Shown here: positions 1 to 12,606 of the stretch, piece after piece
How positions within the stretch are numbered: position 1 is the stretch's first letter
Layout of the letters: each line of letters opens with the position of its first letter
From: Octopus vulgaris
Lineage: Eukaryota
Direction of reading: 5' to 3'
Assembly (NCBI GenBank): GCA_951406725.2
Contig: OX597815.1
Span: 176,018,001-176,082,000 of the forward strand
DNA length: 64,000 nucleotides
Made by a program: the position numbers and the translations under genes
The notes under the pieces: model-generated
Seen by the model: only the letters and a program-made list of their open reading frames with translations
Databases searched by the model: none
What the model was told of the DNA's origin: nothing

Positions 1-97
1 ATTCAATGTATTTCATCCTTCATTATTTCAATCTTTTTACTATCATCATCATCATCATCATCATCGTCGTCGTTGTTGCTTTTGTTGGTGGTGGTGT

Positions 98-350
98 TAT
101 TCTGAAAGACTCTCAGACAGTTCTTAATTACCGGTTATCCTTTACTTGGAAGAAGGCAATAACAAATCATCAAAGGTTTCAAGTAGTGCCTTCTCTTCAG
201 ACTCAAAAAGAGACAATATTCTCCTTAGAATGCGAGCTGTACCCAACAATGCTGTCTTCTGGATCACTTCGAGCCTGACAACAGATCCAATATTCTTAAT
301 GTTTCTCAAAGCCCTTGGAAACTGCTGCTAATGCTCCAATTACCACCATG
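98..350 (-). mobile_element. 3' end of R4/Dong-type (REL endonuclease) non-LTR retrotransposon
   Basis: Minus strand reads MVVIGALAAVSKGFEKH, then after a frameshift IKNIGSVVRLEVIQKTALLGTARILRRILS, a typical R4/Dong C-terminus. A short UTR and a degenerate trinucleotide tail follow. Confidence 0.75.
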
Positions 351-1350
351 TCACCTGTACTTTCCTCTTGCCCCATAACTTGCATCTCTCGTGAGCAGAA
401 GTTGTTACCATTTGTCAGAGGCTCTTTTACGTAACTCGTCTCTTTGAGACCTCTGCCAGCCGAACTCTGTAAATGGTGGATATTCCACTGTGACTTTGTA
501 GGTTAAAGTTCAACACGTTCCTTTTTCATTCAGGCTTCGTCAACCTTTTCAAATTTCATTTAAGAAGTAAAATAAGTGTGTACAGGAAAATGTTGCTTCT
601 CAGCTATTTCATTCAAGGGTGGACAAAAGTGGTGGTCATGGCCTGATTTGAGCATGCACCTGTGCACTGGAGATGGACGATTGGGAGAATGTCCGCTTAT
701 TGATCAAGGTGACTGTTGTTTTATTAGTCGTGTTTCCACGATGAAACCCCAGAAAGGTCTCCCACATTTGGGGAAGTTTTTCTTTCTGAATTTTTAAAAT
801 GTTGTTATTTCCCTTGTTTGCACATTCTCTCTTTAATCTCACGTTGTATTTCTTTGTACCATCGTCGATCTTTTTATCGATAACTTGAGGCTAATTACAA
901 AGCAAAAATTTATTATGAAAGCATTATACGCTACATTATTAAACAGAGCTATTATTCTGAGGTTGGGTGACAAAATCTCTCTTCAATTCCCAACATCTTT
1001 CATAGGATTCTTTCAAATTATAGGATATTACTTCTCTGCAAGTTGACAATGTGTCTCACTTCCAGTATTCATCAGTTTGTTTGTGGCAAGTGCACAGGAA
1101 CAATTATAACCTTTGCTTTCCACAATACTTCTCTCTTACTAGTTATGTTTTCATATTTCGAAATTTTCTCAATTATTTTGCGTTGTTATTTTTTTTGCTT
1201 CTATAATTAGGTCTGGTTTCCTTGCTTCAATGGCATACTTCGGCGAGCTGGCATAATCGTTAGCTAGACGCCCCCGCACCAAAATTTCAGGACTTTCATA
1301 AAAAGTATTATGATTATTATTATTATTATTATTATTATTATCATCATCAT

Positions 1351-1645
1351 TGAGCGAGAGAGGAGTTCATGCCATCAAAGTGACACTTGAGTTCAAATAT
1401 ATGAAGCCCAATATACCCACCGTGATTACTCGTCTGATAAGAGTACACCAGGTACATGCATACAACCATATGTACCCGACATGGTGATCTCACATCAAGA
1501 TTAACAGCGTATGGCTTTGCAAGGGAGGCCCAGTTAGAATTTTCTTTAGGTCAAGTAGCACATCCCCCTCAAAAGGCCCTTGAATGAGGGTTCTTTAAGG
1601 ATGTTGAACAAAACACTCATGTTTCCAGAGGTGAATTATTCAAAC
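1351..1645 (-). mobile_element. Interspersed repeat with (AAT)n tail (probable non-LTR 3' UTR), copy 1
   Basis: Reverse complement of 3938-4182 (e.g. gccatcaaagtgacact / agtgtcactttgatggc). Abuts a (TAT)n run at about 1315-1340. Confidence 0.65.
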
Positions 1646-2429
1646 TACAAAGAGTTCCTCTCAACACATAGCTATGATGCTCCCTCATCAGAGATACACA
1701 TATCGTCAGCCACCAAGAGACATTGGGAGAGTTGTGGGGTTAGAGACCTGAGGTACCTCCTCCATAAGATCCAATCAGAAACAACGCCTATTATACGTTT
1801 CCGCCGGATTCCCAAGTGCAGCCAACTGTGACGATGTGTATTATCCAACTATCTAATTCTACATCCATCCATGGATCTCCTGCCGGACGGCAATTTTCCT
1901 TCAGACATTGTAATCACATGTCGGGTTGAGCTTCTTATTATTTCTTTGTCTTTTTTAACCAGAATCTATAACATAAAAGATCAACGCTAAACTTGGTGAC
2001 TTCAATCGACTAATACCATTTATTTATGAACATTGCAACTAAAGAAAGCACAGATACTTTAATAATATATGACGTAATGTGTATGGCAGCCATTGACAGA
2101 TGTCAGCTTCCTTCATCTACTTTAATGATGCTCTTTGAAAGTATATCAATGTCTCCATGTCCACTTACTGCCCACCTTTAATGTCTATTAGTTTGTTGAA
2201 GCAATTCAATTTCTTTGGATTTATATCTGGACAACCCACTTACTATTTCCATTAATACAAAGGTTAATGTGGCCCTTGTACCGAAACAAATATTAAGTTA
2301 TTTTCTCTGGCACAGTAGTAACCAAATGAATACTAAAATTTCAGATTTTAGTTCCCTTTCTCGCAAGAATGCAAATCGCTAATTGCATGATTGCGTGAGT
2401 ACATTTGTGAGAGAGAAGGAGACTAAAAG

Positions 2430-2461
<32 letters not shown>

Positions 2462-3885
2462 AAGAGAGAGAAAGTGAAAGAGAGGAGAGCGGTGAGACGA
2501 AGGAAGAGAAGATTTTTCAACTTGCAGAAAATATTTCCCCAGATTTGAGTAGTTATTAAACCATCTTAAATTGTCAAAATAAATCTGTTACAATTCTTCA
2601 CCCGATCTTCACTGTGGAAATGTTGCCAGAATTGTAAATGAAGAACGTTTCTGTCATACACATTCCCCTCTAAACCTTTCATGTAAACTTCTCGCTGCAA
2701 ACAATTAAGACTTGTCAGTAGTTATAATAGTTATATTAACTAGTGACTGACTGAATACTACCCGCTTACAACTTACACGCACTCTGAGATTTGATATTCA
2801 TATATATATATATATATATATTAATCTTAGGACAGTTATTTCTGATTCCACAGAGGAGAGAAGCTCAATTTAGTGGTACTAAAATGAATTACTCACTGTA
2901 TTATATACATAATATAAGATAATATTTAATTAACTTCTAATTTCAGATATTTTAGTTACTTAATAAAAATCCATAGTATAATATTAGATGGTATTATTCT
3001 AAACTTTTAAACTTAATTTAGAAACTCAAGTTTAAGAATAATAGTATAATGAATATATATTAATCGTATTATAATTATAAAAATAATAAAAAATTAGATT
3101 TTTACTAATTTTACTGTCTTTTACTTAGTTCAAAGTAGTTTAAAGTATTTCAAAATTATATGTTGAGTAATTTACATTACCTATTTACCGACCTAGAAAT
3201 TTATTATTTATCAAATTTAACATAAAAATAAATTAAATTAACCAGAAAAAAAATTAGACTATTCCCATCATACACTCACTTTTGGCTTCTCCTGATTTAT
3301 TATTATTATAAATAATAGAAAATACCTTTGAACAACTTTTAAATGTTAATAAAAATTATCTCCCCTACAAAGTAACTCTCAATGTTCGATTATACAATTG
3401 ATGGTAGCCATGTTTAATTCATGGAGAGAAAATTACCATACAGATAAGTTAACATTTCTTTTCACTAATATTTCTTTTTCTTACTTTTATTCTACATTTC
3501 TGTTCATTATTTACTAAAGTAAAATTATTCCAGCAACTTCTAGTTATATAATTTTAGTTTGTCTTAGTATACGATGTAAATAGCAAAATAAGTTCACATA
3601 ACATAGACCTGAAGATTGGCAATATAACCGTTTTAATATAGTATTGCATATCGTTTTGGGATTTGGTTTGCAAGATTCTTTATGTGAGTTCGTGTGTTGA
3701 AGCATATTCTGTTGTGTCTGGGGAGAGTCATTCAATTTTAGGGCCTTATAATTTAACAAACTCACCGGTAAAATTTTCTTCTTTATTTTTCTAAAATTTT
3801 TGTAGCTTCTTGCAACATTTTCAATAGTTTTTTAGTGTGTTAAATTATAAGGCACTAAAAGAGAATTAATCTCCCGAGACACAAC

Positions 3886-3917
<32 letters not shown>

Positions 3918-3937
3918 TAATTCTGTAGGATTTAGAT

Positions 3938-4181
3938 AATTCGCTTCTGAAAACATGGGTGTTTCGTTCAGCATCCTTAAACAACCCTTATTCAGGGGCT
4001 TTTGAGCGGGATGGGCTACTCGACCTGAAGAAAATTATAACATGAGATCACCATGTCCGAACATATGGTTGTGATGCATGTGCTTAGTGTACCCTTATCA
4101 GACGGGTAGTCATGATGGGCATACTGGCTTCGTATATTTTACCCCAGTGTCACTTTGATGGCATGCACTACCCTCTCACTC

Positions 4182-4182
<1 letters not shown>
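3938..4182 (+). mobile_element. Interspersed repeat with (AAT)n tail, copy 2
   Basis: Homologous to 1351-1645 in the opposite orientation. Ends ctctcactc followed by (AAT)n. Confidence 0.65.
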
Positions 4183-4225
<43 letters not shown>

Positions 4226-4226
<1 letters not shown>

Positions 4227-4353
4227 TCCTGAATGTGGTAACCGCTCGAATACTCCGGAAGGTGCTCGAAAAATAAGAGGTGTTACCTTAGTTCACTGGT
4301 AGTGAACAGCTGACACCGTTGTACATCTCTAGCGTTAGAAGCTGTGCAAAAGC
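4226..4353 (+). mobile_element. Extremely 5'-truncated R4/Dong-type element inside (AAT)n
   Basis: Encodes VTARILRKVLEK-stop, then a short 3' UTR. (AAT)n lies on both sides. Confidence 0.7.
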
Positions 4354-4367
4354 AATAATAATAATAC

Positions 4368-4406
<39 letters not shown>

Positions 4407-5466
4407 CGTATTCATATATATATATATGTATGTGTGTGCGTGTATACATACATTGCACACACACACGCACACCTATCTCTCTCTCTATATATATGTACAG
4501 TAATTAACCCGTGCCATTTTTATACGTGTGTGTGTGTTTGTGTTTTTGTGTGTGTCTAAGCAAGAATAATAAATGACCATTGTTGCACGAACCTAGAATA
4601 ACATTACTACTCTCTCTCTTCTCTCTCTCTCTCTCTTAAGTCAATAATTCTGCGACGTAGTCAATTTTATTCATGATTTATCGCCGCGTTTAAGGATTTA
4701 ATCCTCCATTGATGATGTAGGTCATAAAATTTCCCTTTTCCTTTGTATAACTGTCATTATTGCTTTTCATTTGCTTTAAGCATTCTTAATTCGGTGAAAG
4801 TGGTGTGATGTAGACGACGAAGATTTAGAGTAATTAGTTTTATCTGTCGCAAAGAGTTTAATAGCTGTATATAGGTTAGCACAAACTGGAATGACTAAAT
4901 GTAATAGCCGTCAGCGGAAATGTATAATTTCCAACTGTTTCGATAGCCTCCAATACCGAGTTCAAATTTACCAATCAGTGCGGGCCACAGTTGAAGCACT
5001 AAGCAATAACCCTGCTTTTAGCTCGTTAAAACATTAATATTGTAATTAATTTGGTAGTTCAGTTTCAATATTTCAAATGATGTAGGAAGTGATTTGGCTT
5101 GTCTTTTGTTTGAAGTACGACGGACGAAATTGCTTGATCTAATACAATGCACATATTCCTAGTTTCGCATTTTATCAAAGGAAATCAATAGAAATTTTGG
5201 GAACGGCAATATTTTTCATAACGATGGCTCATTTTAGTACTGTTTAATATTCATTTCATTTCTGCTGAAGAGATTGTCACCATAGAGTGATATTGCCCTG
5301 AGATGCATAGCTGAGACTTTGTTACAAAGAGATGCATATCTATCTATCTATCAATCGATCGATCTAATAAATAAGTTAGAATAGAAGCTGACATGATATC
5401 GAGCTAAGAAACATTGTATAGTTTTGCACGCACATCGCCCGCACGCACACGCACACACACGCACAT

Positions 5467-5498
<32 letters not shown>

Positions 5499-5567
5499 CA
5501 CATATATGTGTGTGTGTGTACGCGCATGTTTGTTTATGTTATATGTGTGTGTGTGTGTGTGTGTGTG

Positions 5568-5760
5568 TCAAGCGTTCGAAACACGGAGTAGATAAAACAG
5601 GGGACAATTGATGAAGGGATTGGTCTTTATGTTGCCTGTCTTGTTTCTCTATTTGTTTCTTTCGTTGTTCGAAAAAAATTTCGTTTTCCAGGTTGTTATT
5701 TTCTGTTCTCGTTTTTCACGTTGTTCACGTTTCTTTGACGTCCTGTACCCATATATGCCT
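5568..5760 (+). mobile_element. Short microsatellite-flanked repeat, probable PLE terminal fragment
   Basis: Homologous to the reverse complement of about 63470-63615 (gacaa(c/t)tgatgaaggg ... tgacgtc(c/a)tgtacccatatatgc). Confidence 0.45.
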
Positions 5761-5821
5761 GTGTGTGTGTATATATATATATATATGTAGGTACGTACAT
5801 ATGTATGTATATATACATATT

Positions 5822-5854
<33 letters not shown>

Positions 5855-5867
5855 ACCACACAAAATA

Positions 5868-7860
5868 CTGGTTTGCTTACCCGAATCCCCGCCAAAACTG
5901 CAAGAGCTTTAGAGAGAAATACTTCCCAGAGGTATGCGAAAGGCAGCAACCGTGTGCATGGTGCAAAAGATTGTGCAGCAGCTGGCTTGGCTACATCAAG
6001 CGCAAACACGGAACCTTGCCCACCGCTGCGCCATACCGCCACAATCAACAGACACGGGATGGCCTCCCCCAACGCCAGCACAGTATTGGAGGCCTTTGCA
6101 TTAAAACAACAAAAGCAAAACCTTTTTCCATCAAGCCCTATGCATAGTACTCGTGGAAACTCACCTGAGCTCTGATATAGAGGATGCAGAAATACACGTA
6201 CCTAAATATACCATACTGCGAACTGACAAAAGGGGAAGGAGACATGGTAGAGTTGCTCTATACGTCCGTGAGGACCTCACACCCCAGGTCCTACTGTCAT
6301 AGTATGTGACACTTTAGCTGTAAACATAAAACAGCACAATACAATAATATGCAATACATAACGTCCACCGGTTGCCCCAAACCATAAAGAGGGAAGCAGA
6401 ACAGATGCCAAATCCATAAAGGGGGAAGCAGAACAGATACCAAAAATGATAGGCCTATTTCTCTGACTTCATACATCAGCAAAATCATGGAACGAATATT
6501 CAGTGGGAAACTAATCGCATTCCTTCAAGAAAAAGACTTGCTGAATGATAACCCAACATGAATTTCAATCAAGTAGGAGTTGCCTGCCACAGCTCCTACA
6601 TCACTATGTCTGGGTGCTGAAGCAGTTAACCAACAACTCAAATGTGGACGTAATATATCCTGACTTCGTAAAAGCTTTAGATGAAGTTGATAATGGTATG
6701 ATATGCCACAAAGTGCAGGATCTTAGCATAGCTGGAAAACTTGGAGAATAGTTACATGACTTTCTGAAAGAAAGAATTCAGTCAGTGGTAGCCAATGGAC
6801 CCAACTCAAGGGAAGCACAAATAGTGAGTGGTGTTCCACAGGGCACTCTTTTAGGACCACTGCTTTTCGTAGATATGCCCTCAAGTGTCCGGATAATAAC
6901 TCTTGCTAGCTACGCAGACGATACGAAAGTCTCGCAAAAAGCACAAAACCCTAGTGATGTTGCAGACCTGCAGCAGGAGTTGGACGCAATTTACTGATGG
7001 GCTGAGGACAATAATATACAGTTTAATGCTGGAAAATTCCAAGCCCTGCGCTACCAGCACCCAAATTGAACGATAAACTTACAGGGTACACTGACTCAGT
7101 GGGAATTACAATCCTCAGAACCTAAGTCAGTGCGTAACCTGGGTATCGATATGAGTGATGACACCTCTTTCCAAGTGCACAGTACCAAAATGGCAACTAC
7201 CATTTTGTGCCAGTCTTGCTGGTTGCATCCTGGGAACCTTCGGAACCAGAGAGAAGGAAACCATAATGCTCCTCTGGAGGACATTCGTCTTCAACCGCCT
7301 GGATTACTGCTCACAGCTATGATCACCTCACAGTATAAAATTAGCAGTGGACCTTGTAGCAATCCAGCGAAGCTTCACAAAGGAGATCGTCTCATTGCAA
7401 AAGCTCAGCTACTGGGAAAGGCCGAAACAGCTAAGACTCGACTCCCTGGAGCGAAGGCGGGAGAGATATGCCGTAATATACATCTGGAAAATCCCGGAAA
7501 GGATTGTACCAAATTTTGGCATTGAAAGCTACACAAATACCAGAACAGGTGCCAAAGATCCCAGCAATGTCATCGTGCTTCAAGACCAGGTACAGCCTGG
7601 GTTTCAAGGACCCACAGCTTTTTAATATTCTTCCAAACAGCCTGACGGACCTACACAAAGTTGATGTAGGTGTTTTAAAACAAAACTGAATCTCTTCCTG
7701 TCAAGAGTCCCAGATGAGCCTACCTCAAGGTAGGGCAGCGACATCAAACGCCCTTATTCACATCTCGGAGGAGGCTCTCAATAACAGTGTAGGAAAACGG
7801 CAGTGCCTCAGCATGGCCGCAGCTTTGAGCTGAAACCGATAAAAGGATAAAAGAATAAAA
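5868..7860 (+). mobile_element. Decayed, internally deleted CR1-clade LINE (possible ORF1 remnant, APE fragment, RT, 3' UTR)
   Basis: APE fragment ETHLSSDIEDAEIHVPKYTILRTDKRG..VALYVREDL at about 6157-6280. RT motifs RPISLTS, DVIYPDFVKA, SGVPQGTLLGPLLF and YADDTK, then SLERRRERY. Multiple stops and frameshifts. Ends in a stem-loop and a (GATAAAA)-like tail. Confidence 0.9.
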
Positions 7861-7866
7861 TTATAC

Positions 7867-7899
<33 letters not shown>

Positions 7900-8265
7900 T
7901 GTATATTCAACAGAAGAGATCCAGATTTTTCGGTATAGAAGATAGTAAGTACTTGATAGTATGTGCTTGATTAATCAAAGTTGGATGTAAGTAGATATTG
8001 ACAGAGGATGAATAAACTAATTAGGTACCGTTACGAATGGAATGTTAGATGCTTCCATAACGAGGTATAAAAGAATAACTATACAAATTAAGAATTGCGT
8101 TACACAAAATATTCCGATTTTGAGATATGTAGTAAAAAAAAAAATGAAAAATAAATGAAAAAAAATTGCAAATAAATGGCAGAACTTAGGAAAGATTTTC
8201 GGGTTCAGTCTCACATCGTCGACAGAAATTTCGACCGAAATTTCTAAAAAATTCCATTATTACCA

Positions 8266-8318
8266 TATCAGACCGATTTCAGGGTTAGCTTATAACAGCC
8301 CTCCCTTCGTCAGTGATA
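8266..8318 (-). ncRNA. Minimal type-I hammerhead ribozyme motif (PLE-type)
   Basis: Minus strand: TATCA CTGACGA AGGG..CCCT GAAA TCGG TC TGATA. Stems I and II pair, stem III is the near-palindrome ATCGGT, and the cleavage site is GUC. Confidence 0.75.
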
Positions 8319-8464
8319 CATGTGGCAAAAGAAATAAACGAGATACTTACTCATACCCATGGAAGAAGCAAACACTAAGTCTTGAGCACAATTAAGTACC
8401 CCAAATACATCCAAAATAGAAATACTCCAGCCCACTCGAGATACGTGCCCTTATTTATGAATTG

Positions 8465-8465
8465 T

Positions 8466-8514
<49 letters not shown>

Positions 8515-8642
8515 CAGCCGAAATTACTATGATGATCCGGTTCTTGACTGAAGACTGAGGGTTTCGAATGTCCTGTCCGTGTTTATTGTGTCGTCTTCTA
8601 AGAGTTATACGTTCTTGTCCATGTTGTATTTTTCTACATACC

Positions 8643-8681
<39 letters not shown>

Positions 8682-8713
8682 ACATATATATATATATATA
8701 CATATATATATAC

Positions 8714-8744
<31 letters not shown>

Positions 8745-8779
8745 TATATGTATATATATATATATACATATATATATAC

Positions 8780-8812
<33 letters not shown>

Positions 8813-8887
8813 CATATATGTATACATATATATATACATATATATATATATACATATATACATATATATATTTATTTATTTATTACA

Positions 8888-8940
<53 letters not shown>
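8465..8940. repeat. (TA)n/(TACA)n/(CA)n microsatellite complex with a ~130-bp insert at 8513-8645
   Basis: Direct reading. Confidence 0.95.
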
Positions 8941-9368
8941 GGACACATGAAATTTGTTGCAAGCATCAGTCAAAACAGCACCTCAGTGCAATTGAGAGTT
9001 ACAGATGTTTTATACACAATATGTTGTTGGTAAGAATTACAGTAAAACGTTGATGCCACGAGGCAAATATTTTGTTATTGCCAGGTTGTCAGGTAATGTG
9101 GGTTATAGTCATTGCCTCGGAAATCGTTTGTTTCGTTCACCTACTTAACAACATGAAGACTGGAGCAAAACAAAATAAACAAAAGTAAAAAAAACAAGTA
9201 AGTAAAGAATGAAAATTGTTGAGTTAATGACTACAAGCCAAGTTACTTGGGAATAAGCAGAAATTGGCGAGAAACTTTCAGGTTGTTCTTAGTAACAGCA
9301 TTACGTATAAAACTTTCATTAATACATATATGCACACGTACGTACGTACACACACACACATACAAAAT

Positions 9369-9735
9369 CTTTTAGGTGTTTCAGTCATTTGACTGCGGCC
9401 ATGTCGGAGCACCGCCTTTGCTCGAAGATATCGCCTCCAGGACTTATTCCTGTAAAAAACATAAAAATAAACAAGCTTTTGACGGTTTTATAGATATTTC
9501 AAATATTTGATGCTAGTTGTTTCCATTATTTTGTCCAATCCCTGTATATATATATAGATGCATACATACACATACGATGAGCTTCTTTCTGTTACCGTCT
9601 GAAAAATCCACTCACAGCGCTTTGTCAGCCCAAGGATATAGTAGAAGACAATTGCCCAAGATTCCACGCAATAAGACTGAACCAAAAGCCATTTGGTTGG
9701 GAAGCAAACTTCTTACCACACAGCCACACCTGCGC
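9369..9735 (-). mobile_element. tRNA-derived SINE family B (CORE-like middle, CR1-like tail)
   Basis: Matches the copies at 29827, 47576, 52280 and 58617. Confidence 0.85.
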
Positions 9736-10384
9736 ATGTAAGTTTTCTTTGAGTAGCAATGGTTGAGGATCGGATATTACACTATTGAAAGAGGGTTTGA
9801 AATAACTATTCGCGGAAGCACATTGGATGTTTAATACGCAGAAATTAAGCTTTGTCAGCAGTGAGTGGCGGTGAAAGTATTTAAAAAATAAGAGTCTCCA
9901 TTATATTGAAAATGTGCGGCAAGGTTTTTCGCTAAGAACTTCTTTTGATACTCATAATGAAATGATTCTCTCATTCGTCGTCAGGTCTCTGATTAAGTTA
10001 TGCGAAGGTATGCTGCATAATCGGCGGCTACCTTTAAAGTGATCATGGTGCTCAGAAACAAAAGCGGGAAAAACATCTACGCTCGTCTACCACTATCTCT
10101 AAAATCACTAAGCTGTGTAGACCGTACAAGAATAGATCCTATAACGTCCTTTATACATCGAAATGGACGAAATAATTACGATGGTAGTCTTTAATCGCCG
10201 ATGTGGTCTATCGCAGATATGAAACAAAACAACGTGTTATTTATAAACAGGAAAGAAACGTACGGACGTCCAACAAGTAAGACGTACAGAATGTGTGTGC
10301 GCGCTCGCGTATATATGCATAGATATACATGTGTGACTATATGTATTTCTACACACATATACATATGTTTGTATCTCTCTCTCT

Positions 10385-10421
<37 letters not shown>

Positions 10422-10461
10422 GAATAGGGAAGATTGACTGCCACCTCTAACAGGCAGGTGT

Positions 10462-10506
10462 CCAGCACTGATGAAAGATAAAGACCCAGAAACCATGGTC
10501 TACAGG
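10462..10506 (+). ncRNA. Degenerate minimal hammerhead motif
   Basis: CCAGCA CTGATGA ... GAAA CCATGG TC TACAGG. Core is intact and stem III is palindromic; stems I and II have decayed. Confidence 0.5.
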
Positions 10507-10946
10507 TCTTGCCAAGCTCGTGGGGAGTGATTTGCTCCCTTACTCCAAAAATATCGGACACAAGTTGTGTGTTGTTAATCAGCTGGAGAAGATGTTTTCC
10601 TGGGGTTAAAATGTAGCAACGTTGTCCTTTATTGACCAGCCAATGTTACAGTGGTAAAAAAACTGTTACCGTCGGCTAATGTTACTACTTATATCTCGTT
10701 TAGAGATTTTAGAACTAGCTATTTTGCTCGTTACACACACACACAAGTTTATAACAGAAGTTTCTTCGGACGCTTAATGCATGTGGTTGTTAAGAACTGT
10801 TCCAAAGGTAAATGGATGCTAAACCACAACAGGATGAGGGCACTTTATTGCATTATGCCACAATGTTGGACTACCCAATGTAGAGTTCCAAGCAACCTCA
10901 GTGATGAAATGTACCTGGGGTCAAATAATATAAAGCATCTAACATC

Positions 10947-10994
10947 GTCTCTGACGAAGGGATATCCCTAATATCCCAGAAACAGCTGTAAGAC
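10947..10994 (+). ncRNA. Minimal type-I hammerhead ribozyme motif
   Basis: GTCT CTGACGA A GGGATAT ccc-ta ATATCCC A GAAA CAGCTG TA AGAC. All core nucleotides present, 7-bp stem II, palindromic stem III. Confidence 0.85.
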
Positions 10995-11247
10995 TAACTT
11001 TCTCTTTGTAAATGTCCTGAAAACTCCACACAGCCTTAGTTTTGTTGTCTCATTTTATTTAACACATACACACACACACATCTCTGTATGAGTTAAAGGT
11101 TGAAAAACCATCTGAGGTATATTAAATATCCAATATACTACTGGATGTGTACCTACGTATTTTTAACCAAGTGCTTACTATCGCATGGCAATATTGCAAC
11201 TGAATACTCAGTATGGGTGGGGGTAAATTGGAAATTTACCCAGGATT

Positions 11248-11397
11248 TATAAAGCAAAAAAGAAAATGGAGAGGATGTAAAATCAACAAACCTCAGCCAG
11301 TAAATATTCCATTATAACTGTTTATTAAATGATAACAAACATGTGTTTAAGTGGTTGAAGTAAACGAATGAAAACAGCCTATAAATACGTAAACAGA

Positions 11398-11452
<55 letters not shown>

Positions 11453-11710
11453 AGAAATGAATGAATAATAATAGATGAGCGTAGAGATACAAATCCCTTA
11501 CGGCCGTTTCTACCATGAGGCCTCAGAATATTGCACGCCATCTTCATCACGTTAGTGATATACAGGAATGAACAAACACTAGACAGAGATTGGATAATGG
11601 TGTGCGTACACTATATATTTGTTATCATTTAATAAAGAGATATAATGGCATGTTTATTGGATGATATTTTTTGATTTTTTATCCTCTCCATATTTTATTT
11701 GTCTTATATA
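11248..11710. repeat. Diverged inverted repeat (~93-bp arms, 11248-11340 / 11618-11710)
   Basis: tttattaaatgataacaaa vs tttgttatcatttaataaa, and atggagaggat vs atcctctccat. Confidence 0.75.
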
Positions 11711-11729
11711 GATAGATATATATATATAT

Positions 11730-11803
<74 letters not shown>

Positions 11804-11924
11804 GGACAGATAGATCTATATGTATATAGAGTCATTTCAGATAAACGATTAATTATAATTAAATTAGCGGACAAGAGGACGTGTGCAAGGAACGTCTTAA
11901 CTTAATGTTCGGTAAAAAGAGAGA

Positions 11925-11958
11925 GTTTGACGTTTTGAGTATAGTTCTTCGTCGCAAA
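11925..11958 (-). ncRNA. Heavily degenerate hammerhead of the same family as 50526-50560
   Basis: TTT GCGACGA AGAAC TAT ACTC AAAA CG TC AAA. Several core substitutions. Confidence 0.35.
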
Positions 11959-12089
11959 GGCGGAAGGGAAGTCCAAAGAAAAGAAATCGCCAACAGCACG
12001 TGTGTGTAATTATATATGTATACACACGCACACACACAGAGGGAGAGAGCGAGAGCGAGAAGAAATATAGATATAAATATGTACACATA

Positions 12090-12278
12090 CCTTGAGAGTG
12101 CCGGATGAACCTACTTTGCGGCAAGAAACGCAGATGAGAGCAGCCGCATAAAACTCCCTTATAAACCAAATGCTGCATATGAGAGGAAATTTCGAGTAGT
12201 GAAAGTATAAGGAATCTAACGACGAGGTCCCAGCGTGGCCGCAGCTCCCCTATTGACACCAGCAGAGAATAAAAGAAC
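12090..12278 (+). mobile_element. CR1-clade LINE 3' end fragment
   Basis: Encodes LRVPDEPTLRQETQMRAAA, homologous to about 7700-7760 and 17920-17990. Ends near cccagcgtggccgcagct. Confidence 0.65.
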
Positions 12279-12478
12279 ATGACCGTCTGGATTCTCTTAG
12301 AATTCTGGTCAGTCAATGGATATATATAGTTAGGAATGTAACGTGGTTTAGTGCAGAAGACCAGACTCCTTGGATGTATCTTATTTAGTTCTTAGAGTTA
12401 GGTAAACCAGATTTCACAGAAATTAATAGACATCAACAGTCACACACACACACACACACACACACAAAGTGAGAGAGC

Positions 12479-12536
<58 letters not shown>

Positions 12537-12545
12537 GTGAGTGAT

Positions 12546-12606
<61 letters not shown>

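Noticed and set aside
2821-3886. AT-rich TA-flanked insert, perhaps a decayed PLE, with CTGAAGA near 3609
   Set aside because: No readable protein motif and no GAAA half; too decayed to call.
5570-5620. Permuted hammerhead (GAAA..TA..TGATGA) here and near 63590
   Set aside because: Stems could not be paired convincingly.
5693-6175. 160-aa ORF as a host gene
   Set aside because: Chimera of microsatellite and LINE remnant read in a non-coding frame.
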